Part shown: one piece after another, positions 1 through 9,975 of the stretch | How positions within the stretch are numbered: the stretch's first letter is position 1 | Layout: every line of letters starts with the position of its first letter | Source: Pirellulales bacterium | GTDB taxonomy: Bacteria; Planctomycetota; Planctomycetia; Pirellulales; JBBDJB01 | Assembly (NCBI GenBank): GCA_040880125.1 | Contig: JBBDJB010000052.1 | Location: forward strand, 188,281-252,280 | Reading direction: 5' to 3' | DNA: 64,000 nucleotides | Made by a program: the position numbers and the translations under genes | The notes under the pieces: generated by a model | Told to the model about the DNA's origin: nothing | Databases searched by the model: none | The model's input: only the letters and a program-made list of their open reading frames with translations

Positions 1-986
1 GCGACTTGGAAGCGCTCACCGGGCACGCCGTCGTGCTGGAGGAGGCGTCGCTGCACGAGTATTGGCGCGTGCCGGAGACGTGCGGTTCGGCCGTCTGCGT
101 GCCGGTCTCCACCTCGACGACGCTGCTGGGCACACTCTGGATGTTCTGCAAGACTCAGCGACCGTTCAGCGACCAGCAAACCAATTTGATCGAGATCATC
201 GCCGGCCGGCTGGCTGCCGACTTGGAGCGAGAGATGCTGCTCTCCGAGGGAGTCGCTTCCACCAATCTGAAGCGGCAACACGATTCGGCCGTCCGCTTCG
301 AACACAGTCTGTGGCCGCAGACCGTGCCGGAATTAGACGGCTGGGATGTCGCAGGAGGCACATGGTCGGCCTGCGGACTGGGCGGCGATTTTCACGACTG
401 GTTCGTGCGCACCGGAGGCGAACTGACCGTCACCGTCGGCGACGCACTCGACAAGGGGACGGCCGCCGCGCTGGCGGCGTCGGGGCTTCGCGCGGCAATG
501 CGATCGCACGCGGCCCACGAACCTTCGCCCGCCCGTGTGATGTCCGGTGTGAATGAGACTCTGTGGACCGGATCGCAGGGCGACAATTTCGCCGCCGCCT
601 TTTGTGGAGCGATCGACCCGGATACGGGGGAGGTGGTATACAGCTCCGCCGGACGCATCAGCGCCATGGTCCTTCGCGACGACGGGTGGGAAGCCCTTGG
701 ACGCTGCGAACTGCCGCTAGGCATCGGCCGTGATTGGAACGAACCAGACCAGCAGATCACGCTCGAACCGGGCGACGTACTGGTGGTGTTCACCGACGGC
801 GTGCGGGAAGCCCAGGACGTGCTGGGAGAGTATCTGGGCGAGTCAACGCTGGCCCAGGCGCTACTGCCGTATCGCACGGCCCGAGCGGAAAAGTTGATCT
901 CCATTGCGCAGGGGCTGTTGGCCGACTACGACACGGCCCAGGACGACTGCACGCTACTTATCGTGCGACGCACAGTACGGTCGTAA
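1..986 (+). CDS. PP2C/SpoIIE-family (PPM) serine phosphatase, C-terminal part; gene continues upstream of window (end of GAF-like domain then phosphatase domain)
   Basis: Reading frame is open to position 1. Motifs GGDFHDWF, VGDALDKGTAAAL and VFTDGV are typical of RsbU/SpoIIE PPM phosphatases. Confidence 0.8.
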   Translation, partial: DLEALTGHAVVLEEASLHEYWRVPETCGSAVCVPVSTSTTLLGTLWMFCKTQRPFSDQQTNLIEIIAGRLAADLEREMLLSEGVASTNLKRQHDSAVRFEHSLWPQTVPELDGWDVAGGTWSACGLGGDFHDWFVRTGGELTVTVGDALDKGTAAALAASGLRAAMRSHAAHEPSPARVMSGVNETLWTGSQGDNFAAAFCGAIDPDTGEVVYSSAGRISAMVLRDDGWEALGRCELPLGIGRDWNEPDQQITLEPGDVLVVFTDGVREAQDVLGEYLGESTLAQALLPYRTARAEKLISIAQGLLADYDTAQDDCTLLIVRRTVRS

Positions 987-1148
987 ATGCCGCGGCGGCC
1001 GCTTCTCTGGCAAATCGTCAACATCACGCCCAGCGTGACCGCATCTTTTCCGCTATGTTAGCAGTGATCTTTCGACATCTTTCCACCCGAGCCGCGAGAA
1101 GCTGGGTGAGCGATTCGCCTTTATGTTCCGTCCGAAGCCCGAGAACCA

Positions 1149-2486
1149 ATGCACGCCGAGCCAACCCAGCGATCGAGCGGTGACGACGGCGCTCCACTGC
1201 GGGTGTTGGTCGTGGCGGAGAACGCTTCCGACCGGATGGGCGGCGAAGCGGTGCTGCCGTTGCACTACTTCCGCGAGCTACGGCGCGCCGGAGTGGAGGC
1301 CTGGCTGATCACGCACGAGCGCGTGGCGCCGGAACTGCGCGAGTCGCTCGGCGGCGATATCGAGTTTGTTCGCTTCGTCGAGGATACTTGGTTGCACCGG
1401 GCCGCCTACCGCATCGGGCGGATGTTCCCCTCACAGATCGAACTGGCGTGGTACGCGCTCACGCTCGGCACGCTCACCCAGATCCGCCTGCGGCGAATGG
1501 CGATCGAGCTGCACCGGGAACGGGGCATCGACATCGTGCATCAGCCAACACCGGTCGCTCCCAAGGCGCCGTCCTGGATCTTCGGCGTCGGCGCGCCGGT
1601 CGTCATCGGCCCGATGAACGGAGGCATGGTCTACCCCGGTGGCTTTGCGCGGCTTTACGAGTCGCGGCTGACTGCCGCAGCGGTCCGGGTACTGCGGGGG
1701 CTTTCGCAGGCGCTGCACGTGATCGTGCCGGGTAAGCTGCTAGCCACGCGGCTGCTAGTGGCCAACGAGCGGACGCGCCAGGCCTTGCCGCTTTTGGCGC
1801 GCGGCCGCGTGACGCAGATCGTGGAGAACGGCATCCTGGAGAACGAGGTCGGCAGCACCGCCTCTGCGGGGAATCCCCTGGAGAAGCAGGACGACGCATC
1901 GCAGCGGGAAATCCAGTTCCTCTACGTGGGGCGCCTGGTCGACTGGAAGGGCGTCGATTATCTGATCCGCGCGGTCGCGGCGGTGCGAGAGCAGACCCCG
2001 TGCCGGCTCGTCATCGCTGGCGACGGCACCGAGCGGGCCATGCTGGAGCGACTCGTAGCAGAGTTGGGTCTTCAGTCGAACGTCGAGTTTCTCGGCTTCA
2101 CACCGCGAGCCGAATGCTTTGCGCTGATGCGGCGATCGGACGTGTTTGTGCTATCGAGCCTGCGCGAGTGCGGCGGCGCCGTCGTGCTGGAGGCGATGGC
2201 CAACGGGCTGCCGGTGATCGCGACCGACTGGGGGGGGCCGGCCGACTATCTGGACGCGTCGTGCGGCATTCTCGTGCCGCCCACGGAGCCGGAGCGGTTC
2301 GTGCGAGATTTGGCCGAGGCGATGACTGCCCTGGCCCGAGAGCCCGAGCGCAGGCGCGCACTGTCAGAAGCTGGTGTCCGCCGCGTGACGACCGAATTCA
2401 CTTGGTCGAAGAAGATTGAGGACGTCCTCGCCGTCTACAGCAGTGTGCTCGGTCGCGAACTGCCCGCGCTTTGCGAAAAATCGTGA
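1149..2486 (+). CDS. GT1/GT4-family glycosyltransferase
   Basis: C-terminal EAMANGLPVIATDWGGPADYL retaining-GT motif. Length 445 aa, ATG start. Confidence 0.85.
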   Translation: MHAEPTQRSSGDDGAPLRVLVVAENASDRMGGEAVLPLHYFRELRRAGVEAWLITHERVAPELRESLGGDIEFVRFVEDTWLHRAAYRIGRMFPSQIELAWYALTLGTLTQIRLRRMAIELHRERGIDIVHQPTPVAPKAPSWIFGVGAPVVIGPMNGGMVYPGGFARLYESRLTAAAVRVLRGLSQALHVIVPGKLLATRLLVANERTRQALPLLARGRVTQIVENGILENEVGSTASAGNPLEKQDDASQREIQFLYVGRLVDWKGVDYLIRAVAAVREQTPCRLVIAGDGTERAMLERLVAELGLQSNVEFLGFTPRAECFALMRRSDVFVLSSLRECGGAVVLEAMANGLPVIATDWGGPADYLDASCGILVPPTEPERFVRDLAEAMTALAREPERRRALSEAGVRRVTTEFTWSKKIEDVLAVYSSVLGRELPALCEKS

Positions 2487-2744
2487 GATAGCAGGTCGTT
2501 GAAAAATGGGACTGGCTCCGAGAATATGACCCGTGACGCGGGAGTTTCGCGCCTTGCGAGGTGCCTGTCCCATCTCAACTCGCAACGCAGCGATTCAGGA
2601 TTAGCTACCGCCAGCGCCAGCCGATTGAAGGCTTCGGCCATCGCTGTTAGATTGGGCGCCAGTTGCGGCCGGCGGGCCATCTTCAACACACCATTCCGCT
2701 ACTGGAAGCTGGACTCGTGAGAGTTCAGCCGGTTCCGGGGCGAG

Positions 2745-2768
2745 TCTGAATTCTCACGAATTCAGCTA
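2745..2768. repeat. Family-B palindromic hairpin element (CTGAATTC-N4-GAATTCAG), 12 bp upstream of purH
   Basis: Perfect 8-bp inverted repeat ctgaattc/gaattcag with loop tcac. Same element at 11093, 20438 and 57488. Confidence 0.7.
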
Positions 2769-2779
2769 CAGGCGATTTC

Positions 2780-4351
2780 ATGACGGACTCACCGAAAGTG
2801 AAGCGGGCGCTGGTCAGCGTCAGCAATAAGCTGGGACTAACTGATTTTGCCCGAGGGCTGGTTGCCGCGGATGTGGAAATCTACGCCAGCGGGGGAACCC
2901 GGCGCCATCTTCAGGACGCCGGCGTGGCGGTCCGCGAAGTCGCCGAATACACCGGGTTTCCGGAACTGCTCGAGGGGCGGCTGAAGACGCTCCACCCGAA
3001 GGTTCATGGCGGGATTCTCTGCCGACACGATCGGCCGGACGACCTGGCAGCGCTGGCCGAGCACGGCATCGTCACGTTCGAGCTGGTCGTGGTGAATCTT
3101 TATCCGTTTGAGGCCACCGTCGGGCGGGAAGGGGTGTCGTTCGAAGAGGCGATCGAGCAGATCGACATCGGCGGGCCTACGCTGGTGCGGGCGGCCGCCA
3201 AAAACCACGCCTTTACGACCGTGGCGACCGACACCGCCCAGTACTCCGCTATCCTGGAGCAGATTGCCCAAAGCGGGGCGACGACGCCCGAGTTGCGCCG
3301 CGAACTGGCGCTGGCGGCGTTTTCACATACGGCCAGCTATGATAAAGCAATCGCGCAGTACCTGTCGCGCGAGCAATCTGAGGAGCCGATGCCGCGGACG
3401 TTGCGCCTGGAACTAGAGCGCAAGGCGACACTTCGCTACGGCGAGAATCCGCACCAGCAGGCGGCTTTGTATGCTCCGGCCGACGTGCGCGGGGCGAACC
3501 TCGTCACCGCACAAAAACTGCACGGCAAGGAGTTGTCCTACAACAACCTGCTCGACTTGGATAGCGCGCTGGCGTTGGTGCGAACGCTGCCGGATTATGC
3601 CGCCGTGGTGATAAAGCACAACAACCCCTGCGGCGCGGCATCCGCCGATTCGCTCGCCGCAGCCATCGAGCGGGCCTGGGCCGGCGATCCGGTGAGCGCC
3701 TTCGGCTCGGTGCTCGGCTTCAATCAAACTGTCGACGCCGGTGCTGCGGAGTTTCTCACTGGGCCGGATCGATTCGTCGAAGCCATCATCGCGCCGGATT
3801 TCACTCCCGAGGCGCTGGAAATCCTCACCACCCGGCCGAAGTGGAAGGCGAACGTCCGCCTGCTGAAGGCCGGCCCGCTTTCGACCGGCGAGGATGCATG
3901 GCAGTTGCGAGACATCGACGGCGGCTACCTGCTGCAAGAGTCCGACCTCGAGGCGGACCCCGAAGGCCAGTGGAACGTGCCCACCAAGGCGCAGCCGGAC
4001 GACGCGCAGTGGGCCGACCTACGATTCACCTGGGCCGTCTGCCGGTACGTCCGCTCCAACGCCATCGTATTGGGCAAGAACCGCGCGCTGGCCGGTGTGG
4101 GAGCCGGGCAGATGAGCCGCGTGGACGCGGTCGAGATCGCACTGCGCAAGTCGGATGAGGATGCCACCGGCTGCGTGCTGGCTTCCGATGCGTTCTTCCC
4201 GTTTCGCGATTCGATCGATCGGGCGGCAGATGCCGGCATCGCGGCGGTGATACAGCCGGGCGGGTCGCGAAACGATGACCAGGTCGTTACTGCATGCGAC
4301 GAGCACAACATCCCGATGATCTTCACCGGCCGCCGGCATTTCCGGCATTGA
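2780..4351 (+). CDS. purH: Bifunctional AICAR formyltransferase/IMP cyclohydrolase
   Basis: N-terminus MTDSPKVKRALVSVSNKLGL (MGS-like domain), AICARFT domain, 523 aa. Confidence 0.95.
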   Translation: MTDSPKVKRALVSVSNKLGLTDFARGLVAADVEIYASGGTRRHLQDAGVAVREVAEYTGFPELLEGRLKTLHPKVHGGILCRHDRPDDLAALAEHGIVTFELVVVNLYPFEATVGREGVSFEEAIEQIDIGGPTLVRAAAKNHAFTTVATDTAQYSAILEQIAQSGATTPELRRELALAAFSHTASYDKAIAQYLSREQSEEPMPRTLRLELERKATLRYGENPHQQAALYAPADVRGANLVTAQKLHGKELSYNNLLDLDSALALVRTLPDYAAVVIKHNNPCGAASADSLAAAIERAWAGDPVSAFGSVLGFNQTVDAGAAEFLTGPDRFVEAIIAPDFTPEALEILTTRPKWKANVRLLKAGPLSTGEDAWQLRDIDGGYLLQESDLEADPEGQWNVPTKAQPDDAQWADLRFTWAVCRYVRSNAIVLGKNRALAGVGAGQMSRVDAVEIALRKSDEDATGCVLASDAFFPFRDSIDRAADAGIAAVIQPGGSRNDDQVVTACDEHNIPMIFTGRRHFRH

Positions 4352-4387
4352 AACCGCGGCAACGTTGAACTCGCGTCGAGAACCATC

Positions 4388-5170
4388 TTGAGCACGATCC
4401 TGGATGAAATCGTGGCCGCCAAGCGACAGGAGGTCGCCGTTTCGCGAGCGGCACGGCCGGAGAAAGACGTGCGCGAAGCGGCCGAATCCGCGCCTACACC
4501 GCGCGATTTCTTCGGCGCCCTCTCCAAGCCGGGGCCCATTCGACTGATCGCGGAGGTCAAGAAGGCGAGTCCCTCGGCCGGTGTACTGCGCGAGGATTTC
4601 GATCCGGTCGAGATCGCCTCGACCTACCAGCGGCACGGGGCGAGCTGTGTGAGCGTACTGACCGACGCGCCCTACTTTCAGGGCAATTTAAATGACTTGA
4701 GAAACGTTCGGGCGGCGGTCGAGCTGCCGCTGTTGCGCAAGGATTTTATCCTCGACAGCTATCAACTGTTAGAAGCCCGAGCTTGCGGTGCGGATGCAGT
4801 GCTGTTGATCGCCGAATGCCTGGACGACTGCAACCTGCGCAAGCTGTACGGCGAGTCGCTCGACTTGGGAATGACGCCCCTGGTCGAGCTTTACGAGCCG
4901 GAGAATCTGCCGCGCGTGCTCGATCTTGGTGCGACGTTGATCGGCGTGAATAACCGCAACCTGCGGACGTTCGAGGTCGACCTGGCGCGCACGCTACGGA
5001 TGGGGGAGCAGATTCCCGACTCGTGCGTTCTGGTCGGCGAAAGCGGGATCCACACCCGCGAGGACGTCCTGCGGCTGGAAGCCGCCGGCGTTGACGCCAT
5101 TCTGGTGGGCGAAGCGCTGGTTCGACAGCAGGAGATCGGCGCCGCGGTCGATCGCCTGTTGGGGCGATGA
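4388..5170 (+). CDS. trpC: Indole-3-glycerol phosphate synthase
   Basis: ILDEIVAAKRQEV...IAEVKKASPSAGVL...GVNNRNLRTFEVDL motifs, 260 aa. Confidence 0.95.
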   Translation: MSTILDEIVAAKRQEVAVSRAARPEKDVREAAESAPTPRDFFGALSKPGPIRLIAEVKKASPSAGVLREDFDPVEIASTYQRHGASCVSVLTDAPYFQGNLNDLRNVRAAVELPLLRKDFILDSYQLLEARACGADAVLLIAECLDDCNLRKLYGESLDLGMTPLVELYEPENLPRVLDLGATLIGVNNRNLRTFEVDLARTLRMGEQIPDSCVLVGESGIHTREDVLRLEAAGVDAILVGEALVRQQEIGAAVDRLLGR

Positions 5171-5176
5171 TGCGCG

Positions 5177-6316
5177 CTACGCAGTCGTTGCATCTTGCGA
5201 TTGCAGCAGGCGCGAGAACTTTCGTCCTGTCGTGCTCAGCGGCAGGTCGTCCAACTCGCCCACGCGGAACCACTTCAACGCGCCGCCTTGGGGTGGCCGC
5301 AGCCGCCCGGAGACGTAGTCGGCCGCGTGGCAGTGCAGTGTGATGTGAAAACGTGTCACGCCGTGCTTAAGCGTGGCAATATGCGCTGCCAATTCGACCC
5401 GGGCACCGGTTAGCGATGCGACCCTCTCGATAATCTGTTCGTCACGCGCGGCCTGATCGTCCGAGGGAAGTCGCACGCGAATGAAATCCCACAGCCCGGC
5501 CCAGCGCTCGCCCTCGGGCACTTGTAGCATCAGCAAGCGTCCGTTGCGGCGGACGGCCACCGCGGCCTCCTGCACGCGTTCAATCGCGGGCGGCTGTTTC
5601 GGCCGGGGGATCTGATCGACTGCCTGGTGGCGATGGGCTTCACACAGCGGCAAGAGCGGACACTCGCCGCAGTGAGGGGCCTGCGGCTTGCAGACTTCGC
5701 TGCCGATTTCCATCAGGGCCTGGTTGAAGGTGCCGACGTCGCGCCGCGGCAGAATCTCCTCGGCCAACTGCCATAGCACCCGCTGGCCCTCGGTGGAGGC
5801 CGGCGCGCCGCGGTATCCGACCAGGCGGCTCAACAGCCGAACCGTGTTGGCCTCTAGAATCGGCTCCCGGGCGTCGAAGGCGATCGACAGGATTGCACCC
5901 GCGGTGTAGCGGCCGATGCCAGGCAGCGAACGCAGCGTGGCGGCGTCGGTGGGAACGATGCCGCCGAACCGCTCAACGACCTCGCGGGCGGCCTGGTGCA
6001 GTTGTCGGGCGCGACGATAGTAGCCTAGCCCCTCCCAATGCCGCATCACCTGTTGTTCGTCGGCAGCGGCCAGATCGGACAAGCCCGGGAAGGCACTCAG
6101 AAATCGCTTAAAGTACGGCCGGACCGTTTCGACCTGCGTCTGCTGCAGCATTACCTCGCTGACCCACACTGCGTAGGGATCGCAAGTGCGGCGCCAGGGC
6201 AGGTCCCGGGCGTGCCGGCGGTACCAGGCGCGGACGCGCCGGCGCAACTGTTGCTTCCAATTGGAGGAGGGAACAAGTGTCGTGGCGGCGGGCCGCCTTC
6301 CGTTGCGGCTGAGCAT
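5177..6316 (-). CDS. mutY: A/G-specific adenine DNA glycosylase MutY (HhH-GPD + 4Fe-4S + NUDIX-like C-terminus). The listed ORF extends to 6757; true start is probably the Met at 6316.
   Basis: WYRRHARDLPWRR...VWVSEVMLQQTQVETV...LPGIGRYTAGAIL and Cys cluster CKPQAPHCGECPLLPLC. The upstream 147 codons of the long ORF are Arg/Ser-rich and not protein-like. Confidence 0.88.
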   Translation of the reverse strand: MLSRNGRRPAATTLVPSSNWKQQLRRRVRAWYRRHARDLPWRRTCDPYAVWVSEVMLQQTQVETVRPYFKRFLSAFPGLSDLAAADEQQVMRHWEGLGYYRRARQLHQAAREVVERFGGIVPTDAATLRSLPGIGRYTAGAILSIAFDAREPILEANTVRLLSRLVGYRGAPASTEGQRVLWQLAEEILPRRDVGTFNQALMEIGSEVCKPQAPHCGECPLLPLCEAHRHQAVDQIPRPKQPPAIERVQEAAVAVRRNGRLLMLQVPEGERWAGLWDFIRVRLPSDDQAARDEQIIERVASLTGARVELAAHIATLKHGVTRFHITLHCHAADYVSGRLRPPQGGALKWFRVGELDDLPLSTTGRKFSRLLQSQDATTA

Positions 6317-6608
6317 GAAGCAATCCTTCACTGGTGGAAATGCAGGAGCGATTGTAACAGCCTGCCGGCGGATCCGACAGGCTGCGGATGAACTCCCGCG
6401 CGACCTGCGCCGAACCGCCCGCTGGACGGAGCCGGCGCGGTGTATTAACTTGGCCGGTTCCTCAGTAGTGGATAACAATGCTTTACGACAGGGCGAGTAC
6501 GTGGCCAAGAAGCGCCGTTCGGGCAGATCGAATCGTGGTGGGCGATCAGCGTCCGGCCGCGCCGGCAACAAGCTCAGCGTGCGGCGCACGCAAAGCGGCG
6601 ACGCATGG

Positions 6609-7055
6609 ATGCTGGTCCACCCTCGCTGCGTGCGGGAACGGGCCGATGATCTGGACGAAGTGCGGCAGATGATCGAGGCGGGCGAGACGGATATCGCCAT
6701 CGACGATCTGCGCTGGCTGCTTAGCGATTGCAGCGAGTTCATCGAAGCGCACCGCATGCTGGGGGAGTTGGCGCTGGCCGACCAGAACGATCTGCCGCTG
6801 GCGCGGGGGCACTTCGGTTTTGCATTTCAGTTAGGGCTGGCCGCGCTGCGCAAGGGCGGCACGCCTTCGCCGCTCCCCTACCGAATGCCCGCCAATCAGG
6901 CATTTTTCGAAGCTGGCAAGGGGCTCGCCTGGTGCCTGCACGAGTTGGGCAAGCGCGAGATGGCGCTCGAACCGCTCCAGACGCTGCTTGCCTGCGACCC
7001 GTCCGACCCGCTCGGCCTGGCGGAGATGCTTCAGCGATGGGAAGCGGAAGCGTAG
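6609..7055 (+). CDS. Hypothetical protein (about 148 aa, helical/TPR-like), divergent from mutY
   Basis: Protein-like composition from MLVHPRC onward. The upstream part of ORF 6186..7055 is Arg-rich antisense of mutY. Start uncertain. Confidence 0.45.
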   Translation: MLVHPRCVRERADDLDEVRQMIEAGETDIAIDDLRWLLSDCSEFIEAHRMLGELALADQNDLPLARGHFGFAFQLGLAALRKGGTPSPLPYRMPANQAFFEAGKGLAWCLHELGKREMALEPLQTLLACDPSDPLGLAEMLQRWEAEA

Positions 7056-7080
7056 TGCCGCTGTAGCCCCTTTCGAAGTG

Positions 7081-8400
7081 CTATGGCAGCGGGATGTCGG
7101 ACAGCTCGTACTCGATCGGCAACCTAGCGAATACCGTGGGCGTCTTGTAGACGAACGATAGCCCCTCGGGACCATCGGGAAGTTCGAACAGGAATGCCAC
7201 GCCGACGTCGGTCTGCGTTTGCGCGGTTGTCTGAAATCCCTGCGGCTGGATCTTTTCGCCGTCCGCGGTTTCCAGATAGGCCTCGTTGTTGAACACCCAT
7301 CCCCGGTGCGATTCCAGCGCGCCGGCCGCGTCCTCGTATCGCGCCCGCATTCGCACCTCCCAGATGTCGTTATTTTTGCGGACGTTCTCCACCAGTATCG
7401 TTGTCTTGCCCTTGCGCTGTTCGCTGCCGGAGGAGTCGGCAAGCTCGGCGAAGCGGAACTCCTCCACCTTGCCGGGAACGAGCGACTGGAATGTTCCGGT
7501 GAGCTTCATGATCTGCTGAATGTCCCGCGGCGGCAGCTTCATCGGAATCGCGATCTCCACGGCGGTTGAACCTCGCTGAACGGGCACTTCCATCACCGCC
7601 TGGCCGTCGGCGAACGCCAGCGGCTCGCCCCGAGCGTCAACGGCGATTAACGTCTCGAGCGGTTGGGCGATGGCGATCGGATGCACGCGCGGCTCCCAGG
7701 CAATCTCCAGCACCAGGTCGATCGAATCGCCTTCTCGGCTGCGAAGGTCGCGCTGCGCCGTGATCCGCGCCGGCTCGATGCGGAAGATGCCGCTGTACGA
7801 CGCGCGGCCAAGCCGCGGCAGTTGGTTGGGAAGCGTGCCCACCAGGGCCAGTCCCTCCTTGCCCGCAAAGTGGTACGTGGTCATGCCCGCCGCGTCCAGC
7901 ATTTCGTCCATGGCGCGCCAGTAAGGCGTTTGCTCGAAGGTGAGAGTCAGTTCGGGGTCGGGGGCCTGTTGGCCGAACTGACCACGATAGTCGATCAGTG
8001 GGTTTCCCGTCTGCTCTTCGATCGTAGTGAGAATCTCCGAGAGCGGCATCTGCCTCGCCTGGAGCGTTATCTGCGTGGGCTGCAGACTTTGCTGCGCCTG
8101 ATTCGCAAGCAGGGTCTGCCGAATTCGATCGAGCCGATGGGCGACTTCGGCTGACATTTCGGCGTCCGCAGTGGGCAGGTGCGCGAGCACGGTTGGCCCC
8201 ATTTCGATTAGTCGGGCCTCGGCGGCGTCGCGCGTGGCAAGCTGCGGATCATCGAGCTGGCGGACCAGGCGGCGAACTTCCGGCGCCTGTTGCGGATCGT
8301 CCTCTTGTGCCATGGCGAGAGACCACGCCGCCAAAATCAGCCCAATCGCGACAAATGCTCGCCCGGCCATTTCGAGGGCCGTCACGGCTACTGTTGTCAT
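7081..8400 (-). CDS. Hypothetical secreted protein (signal peptide), 439 aa
   Basis: Long ORF with N-terminal hydrophobic segment AFVAIGLILAAWSLAMAQ. No recognisable catalytic motifs. Confidence 0.55.
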   Translation of the reverse strand: MTTVAVTALEMAGRAFVAIGLILAAWSLAMAQEDDPQQAPEVRRLVRQLDDPQLATRDAAEARLIEMGPTVLAHLPTADAEMSAEVAHRLDRIRQTLLANQAQQSLQPTQITLQARQMPLSEILTTIEEQTGNPLIDYRGQFGQQAPDPELTLTFEQTPYWRAMDEMLDAAGMTTYHFAGKEGLALVGTLPNQLPRLGRASYSGIFRIEPARITAQRDLRSREGDSIDLVLEIAWEPRVHPIAIAQPLETLIAVDARGEPLAFADGQAVMEVPVQRGSTAVEIAIPMKLPPRDIQQIMKLTGTFQSLVPGKVEEFRFAELADSSGSEQRKGKTTILVENVRKNNDIWEVRMRARYEDAAGALESHRGWVFNNEAYLETADGEKIQPQGFQTTAQTQTDVGVAFLFELPDGPEGLSFVYKTPTVFARLPIEYELSDIPLP

Positions 8401-8681
8401 TACTTAATACCTCGTGTGAGCTGTGAGTAGCTCGGGGCCGCCCGCATGGTGGCAGTCGAGAACCTCCTGTCGCGACTAGCCGATGCGGCTATCCGACACT
8501 CGATTTTACCGCATCGGCCGGGCCGTTTCATTCGAAAACCTGTGGGCCGGCCGGCCGCTGCCCGCCGAGCCGCCGCCGGTTTCTGACCTAGACTTACGTG
8601 GCCCTCTCGGGCGCCGTCGGTCGCATCGGCTCTCGATTCGCCGCCTGCGGCACGATTCACCGATACTGCAACCGCTGAGGC

Positions 8682-9872
8682 TTGGTGCCAATGTCGTCCG
8701 CCGCCCCTATTGCCTGTCCGCTATGGATCAACAGCGTAATGATGCCGTCTGATTCCGCCAGTCAGCACTGGTTACGGCACCCGAAACGGAGGAGTCTTGC
8801 GCTGGTGATGGCGCTGTGCGGTGGTGTCGGCGTCTGTGGACCGCTCGCGCGGGCGGTGGAGCCGGAATTCATGGTCAAGGCCGAGGTGGCTGGCGAGTTT
8901 CTGGAAGGCAAGCCACTGGCCTGGTCCGACCAGCGCGTGTTTCTGCTATCGCGAGACGGGCGACTGGTTGACTTCAGCCCCGCAGAGGCCCGCGATTACC
9001 GACAATCAGCCCCCCGCTTCTTCAGCTACTCGACCGCCGAAATGCGTTCGCAACTCTACGAAGAGTTTGGGCACGACATCGACATCAGCGGCACGGGTCA
9101 TTACCTGGTCGTGCATCCACGCGGACAGAAGGACCAGTGGGCCCAGCGTTTTGAGGATCTCTACCGATCATTCTGCCACTACTTCCGCGTCCGCGGGCTG
9201 AAGCTGGCCGAGCCAAAATATCCACTGGTGGCGGTCGTGTTCCGCAATCGCGAGCAGTACGAGCAGTACGCCGAGCAAACTGGTTCAACCCTCGGGCCGA
9301 ACATGCTCGGGCATTACTCGCCGCGCACCAATCGGATTGCCTTGTTCGACATCACCGGTGGCGACGCATCCCAGGATTGGGCGACCAACGCCACGACAAT
9401 CATTCACGAAGCGACGCATCAGACCGCCTTCAATGCCGGCGTTCACAGCCGCTTCACGGAAGTGCCGCGGTGGGTTTCCGAAGGATTGGCCACCATGTTC
9501 GAGGCGCCCGGCGTCTGGAGCTTTGCCTCGCATAGTTCTCGGCGCGACCGGGTGAGTCGCGAACAACTAGCGGCTTTCCGGGAGTACGCGGCCCAGCGCC
9601 GTGAAGCGGGCGCCATGCAGGACCTGATCGTCTCCGACCAACTCTTTCGCCGCGACGTCTACGGTGCCTATGCCGAGGCGTGGGCCTTGTCCTTCTACCT
9701 GTCCGAGACGCGTTCGCACGACTATGGCCGCTACCTGCAACGAACCGCCGACCGGGAGCAATTCAGGGAGTATCCCCCGGAAGAGCGTCTCCAGGACTTC
9801 CAACAGTCGTTCGGTGACGATCTGAAAATGCTGGAGGTGCAGTACCTTCGCTGGATCAAGGAGTTGAAGTAG
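8682..9872 (+). CDS. Secreted DUF1570-like protein with HExxH motif (putative metallopeptidase). Start codon uncertain.
   Basis: IIHEATHQTAF...EGLATMFE motif. Hydrophobic N-terminal region. Family assignment from memory only. Confidence 0.55.
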   Translation: MVPMSSAAPIACPLWINSVMMPSDSASQHWLRHPKRRSLALVMALCGGVGVCGPLARAVEPEFMVKAEVAGEFLEGKPLAWSDQRVFLLSRDGRLVDFSPAEARDYRQSAPRFFSYSTAEMRSQLYEEFGHDIDISGTGHYLVVHPRGQKDQWAQRFEDLYRSFCHYFRVRGLKLAEPKYPLVAVVFRNREQYEQYAEQTGSTLGPNMLGHYSPRTNRIALFDITGGDASQDWATNATTIIHEATHQTAFNAGVHSRFTEVPRWVSEGLATMFEAPGVWSFASHSSRRDRVSREQLAAFREYAAQRREAGAMQDLIVSDQLFRRDVYGAYAEAWALSFYLSETRSHDYGRYLQRTADREQFREYPPEERLQDFQQSFGDDLKMLEVQYLRWIKELK

Positions 9873-9884
9873 TTGACCTCCAAG

Positions 9885-9962
9885 GTGGCACAGACATTCC
9901 TGAATGTGCCCTTGAGTTGTTCCATACCCTTCACCGGCACAGACAGGAATGTCTGTGCCACG
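9885..9962. repeat. Two Family-A palindromic hairpin elements (GGCACAGACA-ttcc/ggaa-TGTCTGTGCC) immediately after the 8682..9872 stop
   Basis: 9885-9910 imperfect copy. 9936-9962 has a perfect 10-bp stem with GGAA loop. Related copies at 12172, 27494 and 57459. Confidence 0.75.
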
Positions 9963-9975
9963 TGCGATCCTCTCT

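Noticed and set aside
2487-2779. Possible ZTP (pfl) riboswitch upstream of purH, a classic location for it
   Set aside because: Only a weak resemblance (GGGACTGGC; GGGCGCCAG). The conserved GGGUCGUGACUGGCG and CCGCCUGGGCA pseudoknot elements are not convincingly present.
6186-7055. Full 289-aa extent of ORF 6186..7055
   Set aside because: The first about 140 codons overlap the mutY 5' end and upstream region and are Arg-rich. Only the distal 148 codons look like a real protein.
8480-8517. CCGATGCGG...CCGCATCGG inverted repeat with 20-nt loop in the divergent gap at 8401-8681
   Set aside because: Single occurrence, long loop. Insufficient evidence for a specific function beyond a generic regulatory region.
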